From Gracilinanus agilis (taxonomy: Eukaryota), in the NCBI RefSeq assembly GCF_016433145.1, contig NC_058133.1, forward strand, positions 249,319,735 through 249,383,734: DNA of 64,000 nt, given 5' to 3'. This document shows positions 49,408 through 63,609 of this stretch, piece after piece. Position 1 is the first letter of the stretch; every line of letters starts with the position of its first letter. The position numbers and the translations under genes are program-made. A model generated the notes under the pieces. That model had not been told where the DNA came from and searched no databases. It was given only the letters and a program-made list of their open reading frames with translations.

Positions 49408-52400
49408 TCAGCAGCCTTCTTGGCACCACCGTCGGGCATTAATGAAAAGTTGGAGCCAAGGTGAAGTACGTAGACTGTCAAACGGAGGTGGCTGCCATGC
49501 CCACTGCCAGGGCCGTACAACTCTTTCAGGGTGGGGCATGAGTGCCAAATGTCGGCCATCCTGGGAGCAGACACCAGCCACACCACCTGGAGAGCCATTA
49601 GGATTTAAAGGGTAACGATCAGTAGGGTTCCCATCATCATCCACCCAATGGAGCGGGATCAAGCCCTTTGCTTCCAGCTGAGCCTGGAGTCCAGGGGATG
49701 AAAAAGCCATATAACCTGTGGGAACCAGGGACAAGTGTCAGTTCAAAGCTCCTACATCTGATAACTTTGGAGTTCAATCTAGCCCTCTGTCCCTTCTTGG
49801 GGTTTCTTCATGCTTGGCGCTTTGCCCTCCCAGCTTCACTGGTCCTAAAGAAAGCTTTACTTTCTCATTATTCCTTTCCCCAATCCAGCTCCCATCTTCT
49901 GTCTCCATTTCTTAATACCAAGAAGACCTTCCACCAGTCTTCCCTTCCTATCAACACTTCAAGCTTCTGTCTAGATTACCCCTTTCTACCAGTACTAATC
50001 TTTTCTTCCTAAGGTTTCACATATCCCAACATTTTCACCATAGCCATGAAAAATCATCCTATGGACCACTCATTTCTGATTACTTTTACCTTCTCCATGG
50101 GCACTCCATACTGGCAGCACTCCACCCTCCATTCCCCGAAGCATGAGAGCTGGTCCAGGCCCCACACGCACTGTAGCCCATCTTGACTCAAAGCGACCAG
50201 AAATGTTAGACCGAAGGAGAAGGCCAGGCTGAGTGCAGGAAGTGTTAGGGGTAGGGTCCTTCTCATTCTCATTAGGGTCTCTCCCAACCCAGCCCAGCAG
50301 AGCTAACAGCTGGCAACCATTACAAACACCCAAGCTAAAGGTATCTGTTCGCTGACGAAATCGTCGCAATTCTGTTCCTGCGTGGACATTGAAGTTCACA
50401 GCTGCTGCCCATCCTGGGGATGGAGAGGGAGAAAGACAAGCATTAGGGGAAAAGAGATGGAAACTTTATATAAATATTCATGTTTGCTGTTTGTCAACTT
50501 TTAAGTTTTTTTTAAGAAATATGGTGATTTATCATTTGTTTATTTGGGTATATGTTTGGGAGTTTTGGTTCTGAGATTATTTGCTTACAAAAATGAATAA
50601 CATAGAAATGGGTTTTACATGATAACACATGTATAACCCAGACTAAATTGCTTGTCAGCTCCAGGATCAGGGAAGAAAAAAGAAGAGAGAATATGGATCA
50701 TATGACTTTGGAAAACTTATGTGGAAATTTGTTACTAAAATAAAAAAAGAAATAGGGAATGGGCAGCTAGGTGACTCGGTAGATTTGGAGTCAGGCCTAG
50801 AAATATAGGAGGGTCCTGGGTTCAAATTTGAACTCGGGTACTTCCTAGTTATGTGACCATGAGCAAGCAAATCACTTAATCCCCATTGCCTAGCCTTTAC
50901 CACTTTTCTGCCTTGGAACCAATAGACAGTATTGATTCCAAGATGGAAGGTAAGGGTTTATATATATTAAAAAACAAAAAGAAAGAAATATAGAAAGGTC
51001 ACCAAAGAAAGACAGGGAATGTTTATGAAATAGGAAGTATCATCAATAGGAAGGACAAAACAGACAGGAATCTTTAAAGGCCTAGGGATGATTTAGGATT
51101 GACTTTATTTCCAATATACTAAGCAGATAGAAGCAAAGATATAATTTATCAGTTCAATTACTAGCCTGTCTTTACCTTTATCCAGCTTAAGTAGATAAGG
51201 TTTAAATCTTACTCCAAAGAAGACTGGGATCTTTTGCTAAAGAAAATGGAGGGGGCAGCTGGGTAGCTTATTGAGAGGATTGAGAGCCAGGCCTAGAGAC
51301 TGGAAGTCCTAGGTTCAAGTCTGGCCTCAGACACTTCCCAGCTGCATGACCCTGGGCAAATCACTTGACCCCCATTGCCTACCCTTACCACTCTTCTGCC
51401 TTGGAGCCAATACACAGTATTGACTCCAAGACGGAAGGTAAGGGTTTAAAATAAACAAATAAATAAAATAAAGGAAATGGAGACAGAAGGAATCTGGGGA
51501 CCCCAGTAGAAGGAAGATGAAATAAAAACTGACCTTTTGCAGACCCAAGGACATCTGCATAGCTAAAACCACCAACAAAGGCCACACCTTGGAATGTGTC
51601 CAGTCCAAAGGCCCCAGAGCAAAGATCCTGCATTGTCACATCCCAAACCTAAGATTAGGAGGGTAAGAGTCACATCAGAAATTGGTTTTACAACAATGAC
51701 CAATAAGGAAGTATGTTTTTCATGAATACATGTATAATAAGCCAGAATAAATTGCTTACCATGGCAGGGGAGGGGGGAGGAAACAATTTAGAACTTAATT
51801 TCAGAAAACTTAATTCAGAAAATTAGGAAAATAAAATATCTTTTAAAAATAAATATGTTGACTTAAAAGAAATTGGACCCCTAGGGTTGGAACCTCTAAT
51901 TTCCAGCTTTTTCTTTCTGAGGAGTTAAATCTTTCATTTCTTTTTCTTTTTTTTTTTTTTTAAACCCTTAACTTCTGTGTATTGTCTTATAGGTGGAAGA
52001 GTGGTATGGGTAGGCAATGGGGGTCAAGTGACTTGCCCAGGGTCACACAGCTGGGAAGTGTCTGAGGCTGGATTTGAACCTAGGATCTCCGTCTCTAGGC
52101 CTGGCTCTCAATCCACTGTGCTACCCAGCTGCCCCCTAAATCTTTCATTTCTTGGCTTACCTCAAACCCAGCCATGTGGAAGGCATCTGCCATCTCTCGG
52201 TCTCCGTTGCTTCCTTCCTCCCGAAGTATGGCAACTCGAGGGGCAGGGCCTCCTGGGCAAAGAGACAAGCAATCTCAAAGACTGATTAAGGAATATGGCT
52301 ATCACTGCCCTCCCCCCATCCCTACCCCAACTCAGCAGGCCAAGCATCTATCCCTTATCCCCCAGAGCTCCCATTCTGGTTCCCCCTTCCCAGGAACTTA

Positions 52401-55400
52401 GGCATTCAGGTTCTATTCATTCATGTACCCACCAGGTACATGGGGCACAGAGGTTTCAGTAGAAAAAGACAGTGGTAAGCTGTAGCGGGGTCCTTTCCGT
52501 TCTCTCAATGCAGCCTCCTCCTGATTCACACAGCTTGGCTCAGCCTGCAATCGCTCCAACTGAAAACTTGTCTCCTCCCATAACGCACGTAACTGCCCCA
52601 CTGTCTCCTTCACAACAACTGTTCCATTCACTGCCACCTGAACCTAGGGAGGAGAGAGAAATGGTAATGGCCATCGTGGCCTTGATAAAGACCCAAAGTC
52701 CTAAAACTGCCCAGCTCCTTCCCAATTACTTACCACAGCATGGGGGCCATCTCCAGCTGTGTGGCCAATGGAAAGGCAAGTAAGGCCAGCATCCTGATAG
52801 CGCTTCTGCACCTGGGCTTCATCTAGCTCTCGTACCTCAAGTACCAAACCCAGCTCCTCTGCAAAGAGCACTGGCAACACTGGTAGTAGATGCAGGAAAA
52901 CAATGGGACAAAGGGATGGAAGCAAACAAAAGAGTCAGTGGAACAGAAGCTGAGCATGAGATAACTGGGAAAGGAACAAGGGTTGGGCCAATTAAGAGCT
53001 CAAATTCCAGAAAGGGACTGAGAAGAGAAATGGGAAGACAGTTGGGAGCTAAACTTTTAGACACTTGAGGTTCTCACCATCAGCCCCAGGAAAGGGCAGA
53101 TCCACTTCTATCCCACAATTCCCAGCAAATGCCATCTCCAGGATGCAAGTGATGAGACCTCCGTCACTGACATCATGGCCAGAACTCAAGAGATGGTCTA
53201 GGGAAGAAAGGGTAAGAGGTCATTTGTCTCATGTTCATTTGGTTTCTTCCTAACATAAAAAGTCAGGAAAAGACAGAATAGAAGAGATAAAGATGTTAAC
53301 AGAAAGACCCACAAGAGTGAGTCTTTCCTTTATCCTCCTTAAGCTAAGGGCCAGGCCCTCAGTGCTGTGTCCTAGACGCTTCTGGCCCATGACTCACCTT
53401 TCAGTAGCCCTTGAGTAACATTGAAGGCCAAAACAAGGTTCTCTGGAACATCCAAGTCGGGAGGTTCTGTCCCGAGCTGGGAGAAGCACTGAGCCAGCGC
53501 TGTGCCCCCCAGTCGGTGCTGTCCAGGGCTCAGTGGCACATATAAAAGACGTCCTAAAAAATTAAGGAAGTCTAAGGGCAGGAAACAATAGAAACCTAAA
53601 GGAGAGGGATAGTGGGCTGGACTTATGATTTCATCTATATAGACAACTTCTAGATGAGGACATTTCTTTACCAATGCACATCAGCACCTTCTCTGTGACC
53701 TAGTCTTTTTTTTGTTTGTTTTTGTTTTTGTTTTTTTGTTTAAACCTCTTACCTTCAGGGCAGAAGAACAGTAAGATTTAGGTAAATGAGGTTATGTGAC
53801 TTGCCCAGGGTCACACAGGAAAGTATCTGAGGCCACATCTGAACCCAAGACTTCCTGTCTCCAGGCCTGGCTCTCTTTCTACTGAGCCACCTAGTTGCCC
53901 CAAGACCTAGAGTCCTAAAAGAGTAGCCTAGGATGCTGAAAGATTTAAGTGACCTTTTCCAGATCATACAGCCATCAGAAGTGGGATAACACTCAGGTCT
54001 TCATGGCTCCAAAGTCAGCTCTCTACTGATATACTGAGTCATTTTGTACTGAACTCACTATAATTCCAGTATAGAACTATACTGCCAGTATAAATGAGGA
54101 TTCCCCAAAGGCCACAACTCTTAAGTATGTACCCCTTCTCCATTTTCCAGACGTACAAGTCAAGGGTTCTTAAAAAGAGAAAGATGATCTGCTTGACCCT
54201 TGAGCTTCCAGGAAAGGGGGTGATAGATACCTTGTCCTCCAGTGTTCTTGAGATCTGGGGTCACGGTAGCCATTATGTCGGGGCAAACGGCATAGGCTGA
54301 AATGACTAAAGATCCTAGTATAAGAAAAGAAGACATAAATAAGTTGAGATCAGCTTCTCACAAAGTCACTTGCTCCCTCCCCTCCTTCCATATGGGGTCC
54401 CCTTCTCTATTTTACTTATTTTCCTGGGCTTTCCAACTCTCCCCACTTCCCCTTTTTCTGCATTATCCTATTAAGGTCATCTCACCAGGAGCCCTCACAG
54501 TTTCATTTCCAACACGAGCAGCCATGCTAAGTGAGTCTTTTCCACCATCCACAGCCACCCCCAGGGCACACATGACAGCTGCCATGGCCATGCAGGCATC
54601 TGCCAGAGTTACTCCATCCCCAGGAAGCTTAGCTGGCCACATCCAGTTTCCACTGCATTTCACATCCTGAGTGGGAAAAGGAATGACATGTACAGCTTAG
54701 AGAAAACTAGGATATGAGGGAGGAAGAAAAAGTGAGTTAGGACAAGGAAAATTATGAGTGGAGACTGGGAAGTTAGGAAACCAGTATTTGTAGGGAAGCA
54801 TCAAGTAGGGGACTGAAATGCCATTGAGGTGTTAAAAGTTAAATTTAAAACTCCAGGTTCTTAGTTTCCATAGGGTTTATTAATAATCACTTGAAATAAA
54901 GAAAGCAGATAGGTATAGGTTTAAAGCCTATTTTCTAATTCTCTGACCAGGTTCATCAGCATGGTTCTCAGTCTACTGTGCCAACACTCAAGGGAACAGA
55001 GACCATGAGTGCCCTACACCACACCTTTATTCTCTGTGCCTTCAATCATGAAAATGGGACATGGGAAGTTAGTTGAGGGGGGGGGGGGGGACCCTCAGGG
55101 AGAGGAATGATATTCCCTTTACATAGAGGAAAAAGTCTGAGGAATAGAAGGTAGGGCAAGATGAAAGGTTATGGAGCTGAGAACCTCACCCGAAGATCAG
55201 TAATCTGTGCAAACACCAGGTTGGTGAGGGCTTCTGCCACAGCCAGGCGAGCAGCCACCTTGGGGTCCAGCAGGCTCTTGATTGGCTGTTCCCCTATAGC
55301 TGTGGCTGCCCCCACCAGTTCCCTGTGACTCAATGCCACCACTGCCACATCAGCCAAAGGTGTATGTAGTGGCCCTACGCATTGTTGTTGAGCCACCAGG

Positions 55401-58400
55401 CCACCCACTGACCGGTCTACCTGTGGGATAGGATGAGTGATCAGCTGTTAAAAGACAATTCAAACATATCCAGGAAGAGACAGAAGTGATTCATGAAGGG
55501 TGGGGAGAAGGGAGGGGGGGTTAGGGAGCTCTGAAGAGAGTAAAGAATGTGAAATGCCTTCAAAGGGGGCAAGTAGAGAGACCCAAAAACAGAGGCCTCC
55601 AAACCTCCAGGAGTGAGGAGGAAAAGAAGAAATGACCCCAACTCAACTGGTTCAATCCTTAATCAAACCCCTGGTGCTTGAAGGCTAGTATTAGCCACAT
55701 GGGCCCTAAAAGTGGGATGAAAGCACTTGTGAGATTGTTCTTCTGCTAAAATCCCACCACTGATCCCCCTCCTCATCTACCCAAATCTTCCTCATCCCAT
55801 CTCTCCCCCATGGACTGGTGGAAGGCCTAGAGCTCTGAAGTTGTGGAGAATTGGGCAAAGCTCACAGTTCTCCTGTGAGGCCCCTTCAAAGCTCGCTCTG
55901 AAATGCAAGTAGTACCTTATTGGTAAGATAGCGCTTACTGGCCACAGCTGGCAGCCGAAGGACCCGATCCAGAGCCTGAAGAACACGTAACCCAGGGGGC
56001 AAAACCAAGGGCTGCAGAATGCAGGGGACTCTCTCAAGGAAGAATTCCTGGAAAAGAGAAATATGGAGGTCAGGAAATCAGGCAGGAGTTCAAAAACTTG
56101 AAGGGGGAAGAGCCCAGGGTTATAAAGGGTTAGGTAAGCAGCCTCAAGGATTTCTAGGCAATGCTCTCAACTATTCTGAACTCGGCACCTTTTGGGGCAT
56201 CTTCCCCAGCACCCAGTCCAGTTTCAAGTCCACAAGGGTTGAGGGAAGTACATCCCCATGATCCCGTTTCCCCATGAGACATTTCCGGTCTTCTACAAAC
56301 ACAATCTAGATGGGAGACAGAAAATAGAAGATCAACATACTGAACTCCACAAAAGATCACAGACTTCTTCTACCCACTAAATCCATATTCTGCCTCCATT
56401 ATCCATTCTATTCTCTCCTCTTACTCTTTGCTTCCCTCATACTTATGTATAACTTGCTTGTTTCCTAAACATTTCCCATTTAATAATTGCTAGCATTTAT
56501 ATGCAGCACTTAAACTTTAAAGGTTGCAAAGAGCCACACATGTTATTTCATTTGATCCTCACAACAATTCTGTGATGTAGGTTCTATTGCTATTATCCTC
56601 ATTTTACAGATGAGAAAACTAAGGTTAACAGGTGATATGTCTTGTCTCCCTGATCTAGGTCCAATATTTTTCTCCCTACCCCAATTGCCACAACTGTCAC
56701 TATGCTTTTTATTCTAGGATGACCCATCCCATCCAGCATGAGACTCTAATCTACCCTTCCTTGCAAGCAATCCCACCCCCCTCAGTTCATCCCCATTGCT
56801 AGCTGTCCAGGCTTCTTACCCGTCCATCCCCTGTGATGGTTCCAACATAGCAGACAGGACATCGTTCTCGAGAGCAAACTTGGTTCATGAAATTCTGATG
56901 AGAAGATCTCATCAATAGGGCATTTGACTCCTGGTACTCAGCTCCCCAGATTTCCAGGGCATTCAATGTTGGGTCCCCCAACTATAAAACCACATCAGAG
57001 GAGACAAAAGATAAAAGTTGGTCAGATGGAATTGGAGGGCTAAAGAAAGTAAAGGTTGTTTCTTCTCCTCAGACCCCCTCAGATTTCTTTCAATTTCTAG
57101 GGTTGGGGGACCTGGAACATTTGTAGGGGGGTATATATATGGCATGGTAATGGAACTTCAAATTTTGTAAAGGCCTAAGATGGGCCTCCAAGGTCCATCT
57201 GACATACCTGAAAGCAACTGGTGTAGATCCTGGCTCCAGCTGGATCACTCAGCTCCTTTAAAACATTTCCTAGAAGAATGGAAGGCTCAGACAATAGGAA
57301 CTCAGTATATAGACCTCCAGATTAAGGGGTCTCAATAAGCAAATCTAATTTTACTTACCTAACCTTAATTAATTTCCATTTTTCCCTGTTCATTTCTATT
57401 CTCTCTACCTTTCTCATCCCTCCACAACTACCACAATAATTAAATTGCTAGCATTTTTATAATACTTTAAAGTTTGCAGAGAAGCATACATTCCCTTTAC
57501 TGGCTTGGGTGGTAATATTGGGAGAAAGGGCTCTGAGCCTCATAATCCGCTCCATAGTTCCTCACCATTGCCACCAGCTCCTTGGTCATGGAGGCTACAA
57601 ATGGGATTCCTTCCAGTAGCCTCTATACAGGCTCGGATTACCCGGTTCATCTTCTGTTCCATCTCAGGGTCACCCCGTTGCACTGCTCCCAAATCCAGGT
57701 CACTAGCATTGTCCCCTTGAACCTAATTGAGGGCAAGATCAAAGATTTCATTCCCTGTGCACCCTGACATCCAATCCACAGCTTTTACCTTTTCCTACTC
57801 ACCTGGATGGATGAAGCAGCTCCACCTCCAAGCCCAATCCTGTAGACAGGCCCCCCAATTTTCACAACATCCATGCCTGTGAACAAGGAAAATGAGATGA
57901 GCCAGAGTTAGAGAACAGAGAGATATACCAAGGATCTGTCAAGATGGGGAAGTTAAGACCTTCTCTAGCCCAGGAACATAGGAGAAGAGAGCTAAGGTTG
58001 TGTTAGAAAAGATCTAGGCAAGGAATAAGTAAAAATTTGGGGGATGGGGAATGAGTAGGTGATTACACTTGTAATTATGTCAACATAGGGAATTCCTAAG
58101 TAATTTCCTCTACCAATGAAGACCAGCACTTTCTCTTGAATTTACAGTCCTATGACTGAATGTATGACATATAGCTGAGTGCCATATGTCAGAGGGAAGA
58201 TTTGAACCAAGTTCTCTATCCACTGTCTCATGCTTTCCCTGCATTGACATAATGAAGGCTCAGGAAAGAGAAAAGAGGAGAAAAGGAAGAAAGAATATGT
58301 AATGAAAGTGGTACCTTTCCACACGAATATAATAGTGGTGGGCAAAAGATGATTCCCCTGGACTCTTAGACTTCAACCTCAAAAGATCCTGCTTCAGTTA

Positions 58401-61400
58401 AGAGATAGGAATCTAACTGGGGGTTGAAATCTTTTCTTCCCTCAGACCTATACTCTATAGAGGCGGAGACACTGAAAGGAAGACCTCACCTGGTTCAGGA
58501 GATTCCTTGTTCACATGCTCAGCATTTATGGATCCAATACCACCAGTAAACATGATTGGTTTGATCCATTCCCGCCGCTGCCCATTTGGGAGACAGAGCC
58601 CCAGGGACCGGGCAAAGCCTAGATGGAACAAGAGACATCCAGAGGAGAATGAAGACTGCCCAGTTTCCACACTCCTCAGCAACACCAATTATAGGTCCTC
58701 AATCCTCTCAAGGATGTAAAGGGATCATGGTACAATGGAAGCTCCAAGTCAGTAAGACTAGGGCCTCATTCCTGCCTCCAACTACTTGTTAGCTGTATGA
58801 CCTTGGGTCAAGCACTTCATCTTGCTAATAAGGCTCTTGCCTCATCTTATCTGTAAAAGGGGGACAATAATTCATGTAGCTCCTCACAGGGTAGCTGTGA
58901 GAATCAAATGAAAAAGGCATGGAAAACACATTGTGAACTTTAAAATGCCACTTAAATTCTATTACCACATAAAGCATTAGTGGCTCTTCCCATCCAAGCT
59001 CAATGGCCACAATCTGGCTACTACTTGCCATTTACCCAATATTCATCTAAGTAAGACAAATGAGTAAGACCTATCCATTGGCCTTACCTGCCAGCACTGG
59101 TTCCCCAAACTTGTTCCCATAGTCAGAAGCTCCATTGCTTGCTTCAATTGCAACTTCAAGAGGGTGGGCAAAGTTCCTTGGATACTGGAAGTTTGGATCT
59201 TCCCAGGGTAAACTATAGCCTGAGAAGGTTAAAGAGGAAGAAAAAATACCTATAACACTAGACTGGCAGAGGCTTCCCATCTAGGGAACCGTAAAGAATC
59301 AGCTGGGTCATGGGGCAGCTGGGTAGCTCAGTGGAGTGAGAGTCAGGCCTAGAGACAGGAGGTCCTAGGTTCACACCCGGCCTCAGCCACTTCCCAGCTG
59401 TGTGACCCTGGGCAAGTCACTTGACCCCCATTGCCCACCCTTACCAATCTTCCACCTATGAGACAATACACTGAAGTACAAGGGTTTAAAAAAAAAAAAA
59501 AAAGAATCAGCTGGGTTAGAAAGATCCACCACTATACTTGTATTTGTAGATTCTAAGGGCCATGTGCAGAGCCTGGCTGATTGAAGAAGGTAGGAAAAGT
59601 ATAGGGATATCACTTATGTGTTGACCCCTATACCTCATTCTAATCTCCCTAGTACATTTGGAAGAGGAATTGAAAATCACAATTTTCTCATTAACATAAT
59701 TCTATTTAGAAGAGAGAACATGGATTTGGGCCATAGGCCCAATGTTGGTAGGGGACAAAACATTCTCTTTTGCTAAAGGAAGGAGAGCAGACCCATGTCT
59801 ACCAGGATAGAGGAACTATAAAGTACAATAAGGATTTTTTATCTGTAAGAGACCTGGGATGTGAAGATTGCCAAAGCAATAGCCAGCAGTGCCAGCCACG
59901 ACATGGGCCCCTTGGCCTGTACATTGTACATCACGAATCCGGCCTCCAGTTCCTGTGGTGGCACCACTGAAAGGAGCAACACCTAGAGCATGGGAAGAAA
60001 CAAAGAGTATCTATGGGGATCAGCATGGAAAGAGAGAAACCTTTCCTAGGCCTTCCAGGGAATTCTGAATCCAGTTTTCTAGTTCCTCTTCTCTTATCCC
60101 AAACAGCAATCATCACCCCCAATTCCTGTTTCTCTCTCAAGGATCCAGGACCCAACATCCCTAAGGTTCTCAGCTCACCAGTGGGAAAATTGTGGGTCTC
60201 TGCTGTGAAGATGACATGTCTTATCCCTGTCCGCTCCTGAAAACGGCTGGGTTTGGAAGGGTCCTCAGGGCATAGGGATTGTACTTCTTGACCCTGGATA
60301 GCACTGACAATTAAGGAAACATCAGTCACAGCCCTTAATTGGATACTGAGACAAAAGCATCCTTTGTCCCAAAATAATCCTCCCTGTTCTGAGGTTGGAA
60401 GTCCTGGTTTCCCCCAGTTTGGGCCCTTACCTGCTATTGTCACAAAATTTAATGACATTGTTGGGGTTAGAAGTTGCCTGGGTACTCATTATGGCATCAA
60501 ACAATGAATGCTCCAGCTCTTGCCCATCTACCCATAGTCGACCCTTGAAGAACCAGTGTCGGCTATGTTCACTAGAGGAGAGAGAACATGGGGGGGGGCG
60601 GCAGTGGCAAAACAATGAAGAATGTGAACTGTTTGCAAGTTCTTTCCAGTTAAAATCCTTCATGAGGTCTCATTTTTCTACTGTGAAATCTGAGACATCC
60701 CATCAGCCTGATCAAATATAAGGGGGTTAAACATTCAACATGTTTTTGTTGTTGTTGTTATTTTTTATTATGTATGTCATCTCCATCCCCATCCCCAATT
60801 TAATACGTCTTCAAAGAATGCTTATACTGAAGAATATATTTCTGAGGATATCCTTCATTAGTGAAGAGAACATCTTATCCACATCTTCTCAGAGAGTGCC
60901 ATTCTTTTTTGGGTTCTCCTTCAGGATCCACCATTAGTGTAGATTGAGAGGGGCTGCCTTACAGGAAGGATTCTTGAAGAGCCCAATTCCTTAACATAAT
61001 ATCCTGTAACTTGAAGATGGAACACCAATACCAGATCCCACCCTTCCTTTCTGAACTACAACTGCCCCAGCTCATTTTACCTGTTGGACTGAGCCAGGTC
61101 AAAGGCCTCCACCATACTAGGGTTACGTTTCAGCTCCTGAAAGCGACGGGTGTAAAAATCCAGGTCCCAGGAGTCCATGGCCAAACCTAGGGATCAGACC
61201 AGATTGCTAATCCCTGGACCCCAAACCTTCCTGTCCACCCTCCCCAAGTATCTCATCCTCCTCTCTCCCTCTTCCCCAATGGCACCCCTAGATCCCAATA
61301 CTCAGGTTCCACCTAATGTACAAACCTAGCTCTTTATTGGCTTTCTCCAAAGCAGTTCTTCCCTCAGCCAGGATGTCAATGAGATCATTGCAGGGAGCAG

Positions 61401-61915
61401 GGGGATTTCCTGTAGAGAAGGTCTGAATAGGCTGGGAGAAGTACTGTTCTGTCATCTGATCATGGATAGTAGCTAATGCAACAGCCTTCTCCTCAGCTGA
61501 AGGGGCAGAGGTAAACTAAAGGAAAACCAAGGAAAGAACAAGATAAACAATGAGAGTGGAACAGAAAGGGATACGGACACACATGGACATAGACACGGGA
61601 CATACACACAAGAGCACATGAATGAGACAGTAAGATAGGAAGAGAAATAAATAGCAGAGGATGCACCCTCTACCCTCAAACCCTTCAAGTCAGGCTATCT
61701 CTCTACTATAGCAAATTATTTCAATAAAATATAATTTATCTTATTCTCATAATCCTCTTTCCCAAATTCCCAACCACTAGTCCTTCTTCCAAAGCCATTA
61801 TTTCCTTACAGTGAGCCGGTAGCGTCGAGTAGTCTCCACACGATCCACAGTCCTCAGCCCAGCTGCCCAGCACACAGACACAATGTTGGTGGATGCTGGG
61901 CTAGAAAAGTTCAAC
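49408..61915 (-). CDS. PFAS: Phosphoribosylformylglycinamidine synthase (FGAM synthase), exons ~4-28; 5' exons lie beyond the window
   Basis: 25 phase-consistent GT-AG exons (minus): 61915-61810, 61515-61326, 61186-61081, 60571-60431, 60303-60179, 59982-59854, 59219-59088, 58618-58490, 57876-57803, 57722-57566, 57269-57208, 56981-56820, 56305-56189, 56047-55916, 55420-55190, 54666-54486, 54314-54231, 53553-53398, 53197-53078, 52879-52734, 52643-52433, 52252-52161, 51648-51534, 50413-50090, 49715-49408. Motifs SEHSRHWFF, AETHNFPT, HDQGAGG, HDVSDGG, the glutaminase nucleophile GVCNGCQ, and MPHPER. Confidence 0.97.
50761..50985 (+). mobile_element. Opossum-type SINE in a PFAS intron
   Basis: Diverged full-length consensus. 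Confidence 0.8.
51252..51470 (+). mobile_element. Young SINE1_Mdo-like SINE in a PFAS intron
   Basis: TSD aag(a/g)aaatggag at 51240-51251 and 51471-51482. Confidence 0.9.
51943..52136 (-). mobile_element. Young SINE1_Mdo-like SINE in a PFAS intron
   Basis: Perfect 17-bp TSD taaatctttcatttctt at 51926-51942 and 52137-52153. Confidence 0.93.
53705..53900 (-). mobile_element. Opossum-type SINE in a PFAS intron
   Basis: Diverged consensus with a (GTTT)n tail on the plus strand. Confidence 0.75.
54830..55123. mobile_element. Solo LTR-like element (294 bp) in a PFAS intron
   Basis: TG...CA termini. Flanks ttgagg (54824-54829) and tagagg (55124-55129) form a 6-bp TSD with one mismatch. Confidence 0.6.
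59312..59500 (+). mobile_element. Young SINE1_Mdo-like SINE in a PFAS intron
   Basis: Perfect 16-bp TSD aaagaatcagctgggt at 59293-59308 and 59501-59516. Confidence 0.93.
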
Positions 61916-62576
61916 CTGAAGACAGTGAAACACTACCAAGGTCATATCTCTGGGTTCCCCTAAAGAATATGAGACCTTTATAGGAAGAATGCTACAACCT
62001 TTGTCAAGTCAATCTGACAATTTTCTGACCTTGTTATCACTATCTTCAGGGTTTATTAAAGCAGCATCATAATATACCCTAGGCATATACACTGAAATGA
62101 AATTCTGACAAGTAATCTATTTAGGGCTAAAAAGTCACCAATATAAAATTATCTACTCCAAAACCACAGCCCACCGTCCCTTGTATCAAATTAAATGGTT
62201 CGAACAATTCCCTGGGAATCAAAGTTAATTATTATTTAAATACACATACCAATAAAAGTCCCACAAAAAATTATTTGGATAAGCAGAGTAGCCAAGATAG
62301 TTGAGACCCTTCCACATTTCTCCCAATTGCCCATTCCTTCTAAGGACAACTATAACTACTCTACCACAGTGAGAAAGATTATTTTTAATACTGTAATATT
62401 TGCTTTCTACTATTAACCTGTAATATTGCTTTTCCTAAGTTCAAAGAACTTTCGTTCAGTCTTAGAAATGTCCTTGCATTCCTTGTTCCAGAGCATCTTC
62501 TAAAATAGGAAAAATTGGGAATAAGAATGTCTTTCCCAATTTGTAGACAGAACTTTGTAAATTTGTACCACTAGCT

Positions 62577-63249
62577 TGTAAGGGGTAAAACTGTGGTTGG
62601 ACTGAATATTTAAGAGTATGGTCTCCAGGAATTAATTACTTAATTCCGAATGAATTACTCAAGTCAGAATGACTTTTATGATAGTTCATTTACAAATAGA
62701 AAGAGTGAAAGTAAGGAAAAAGAGAGAAAGAAAGAGAAATAATTACCCTGGCCTGGTCTGAACCAGGCAGACCCCAACAAAGACCCCAACAAAGGGGGCA
62801 CAGAAGCTAATTAAACAAGGCTTCTAGTCATGAGGCCTCCTCCAAGACAAGGGACCACTCGGAGGCTAGTGCCTCCAGAAAAAAACAAGGAAAGGGAGTC
62901 AGCCTTTTCACTCACCCAGGTGGCAACAAAGGGAAGCAGTCTGAGATCTCAAGTCCAAGCTCCTTCAAGGCCAAGTTCAAAGGGAAAAATGCTGCTCACA
63001 GGAAGTCACCACCATATTTAAAGACAGTTCTTTGTGTCACTTCCTGTATCTTCCTTCCACTTTAACGTGGACCAGTGGCAGCTTTAACTTTGCTTCAGAC
63101 TGCCCAGGCAGCAGTCAGTTGTTTTTGATTTGTCACTCACTAGCACACATAGGTCATAGACCTCCCCCCCACTTAAGGATTAAAGTGTATACATTCCTAG
63201 TGGCTAAAGTCTAAAGAATAAATAGGGGAGAGTTAATCCCATCTTCACA
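62577..63249. mobile_element. Solo LTR-like element (~670 bp) in a PFAS intron
   Basis: TGTAAGGG...CTTCACA termini. Flanks agct / ggct form a 4-bp TSD with one mismatch. Internal short direct repeat (gaccccaacaaag x2). Confidence 0.55.
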
Positions 63250-63307
63250 GGCTCTAGACATATGTGTCAAGATATTGCCTATGTCCTTGGGTTTCCTCCA
63301 TTAATAT

Positions 63308-63535
63308 TGAGATCTCTTTATCATCTCTGATAATCTGATAAGGACAGTTTAGTTGATAAGGAAATAATGGGACATGAAGATCTTTTACCTCATGCTTCCA
63401 GCTCTGTCTCCAGGAGCATGGAGTTTATTATATATGTTTCAAGACTCATTTCACACAAAAGGAAGCCCCTCCCCGCCACCCCACCCCCAAAATGGGTGCA
63501 CAGAAGTTACAAATTATGTCATATCAAAACTCAAA
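63308..63535 (+). repeat. Dispersed repeat, homologue of 40045-40268
   Basis: See the shared text listed for 40045-40268. Confidence 0.8.
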
Positions 63536-63609
63536 AAGTCTCATTGGCTTCAGAACAGACCAAGGCCAAGGCTGAATTTTGACTGGATTCTTATCAGAAA
63601 GCCAAGTTG

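Noticed and set aside
59848-59856. Weak PFAS donor CAG|GTCTCT
   Set aside because: It is still a canonical GT and gives the expected exon length and phase, so there is no evidence of an anomaly.
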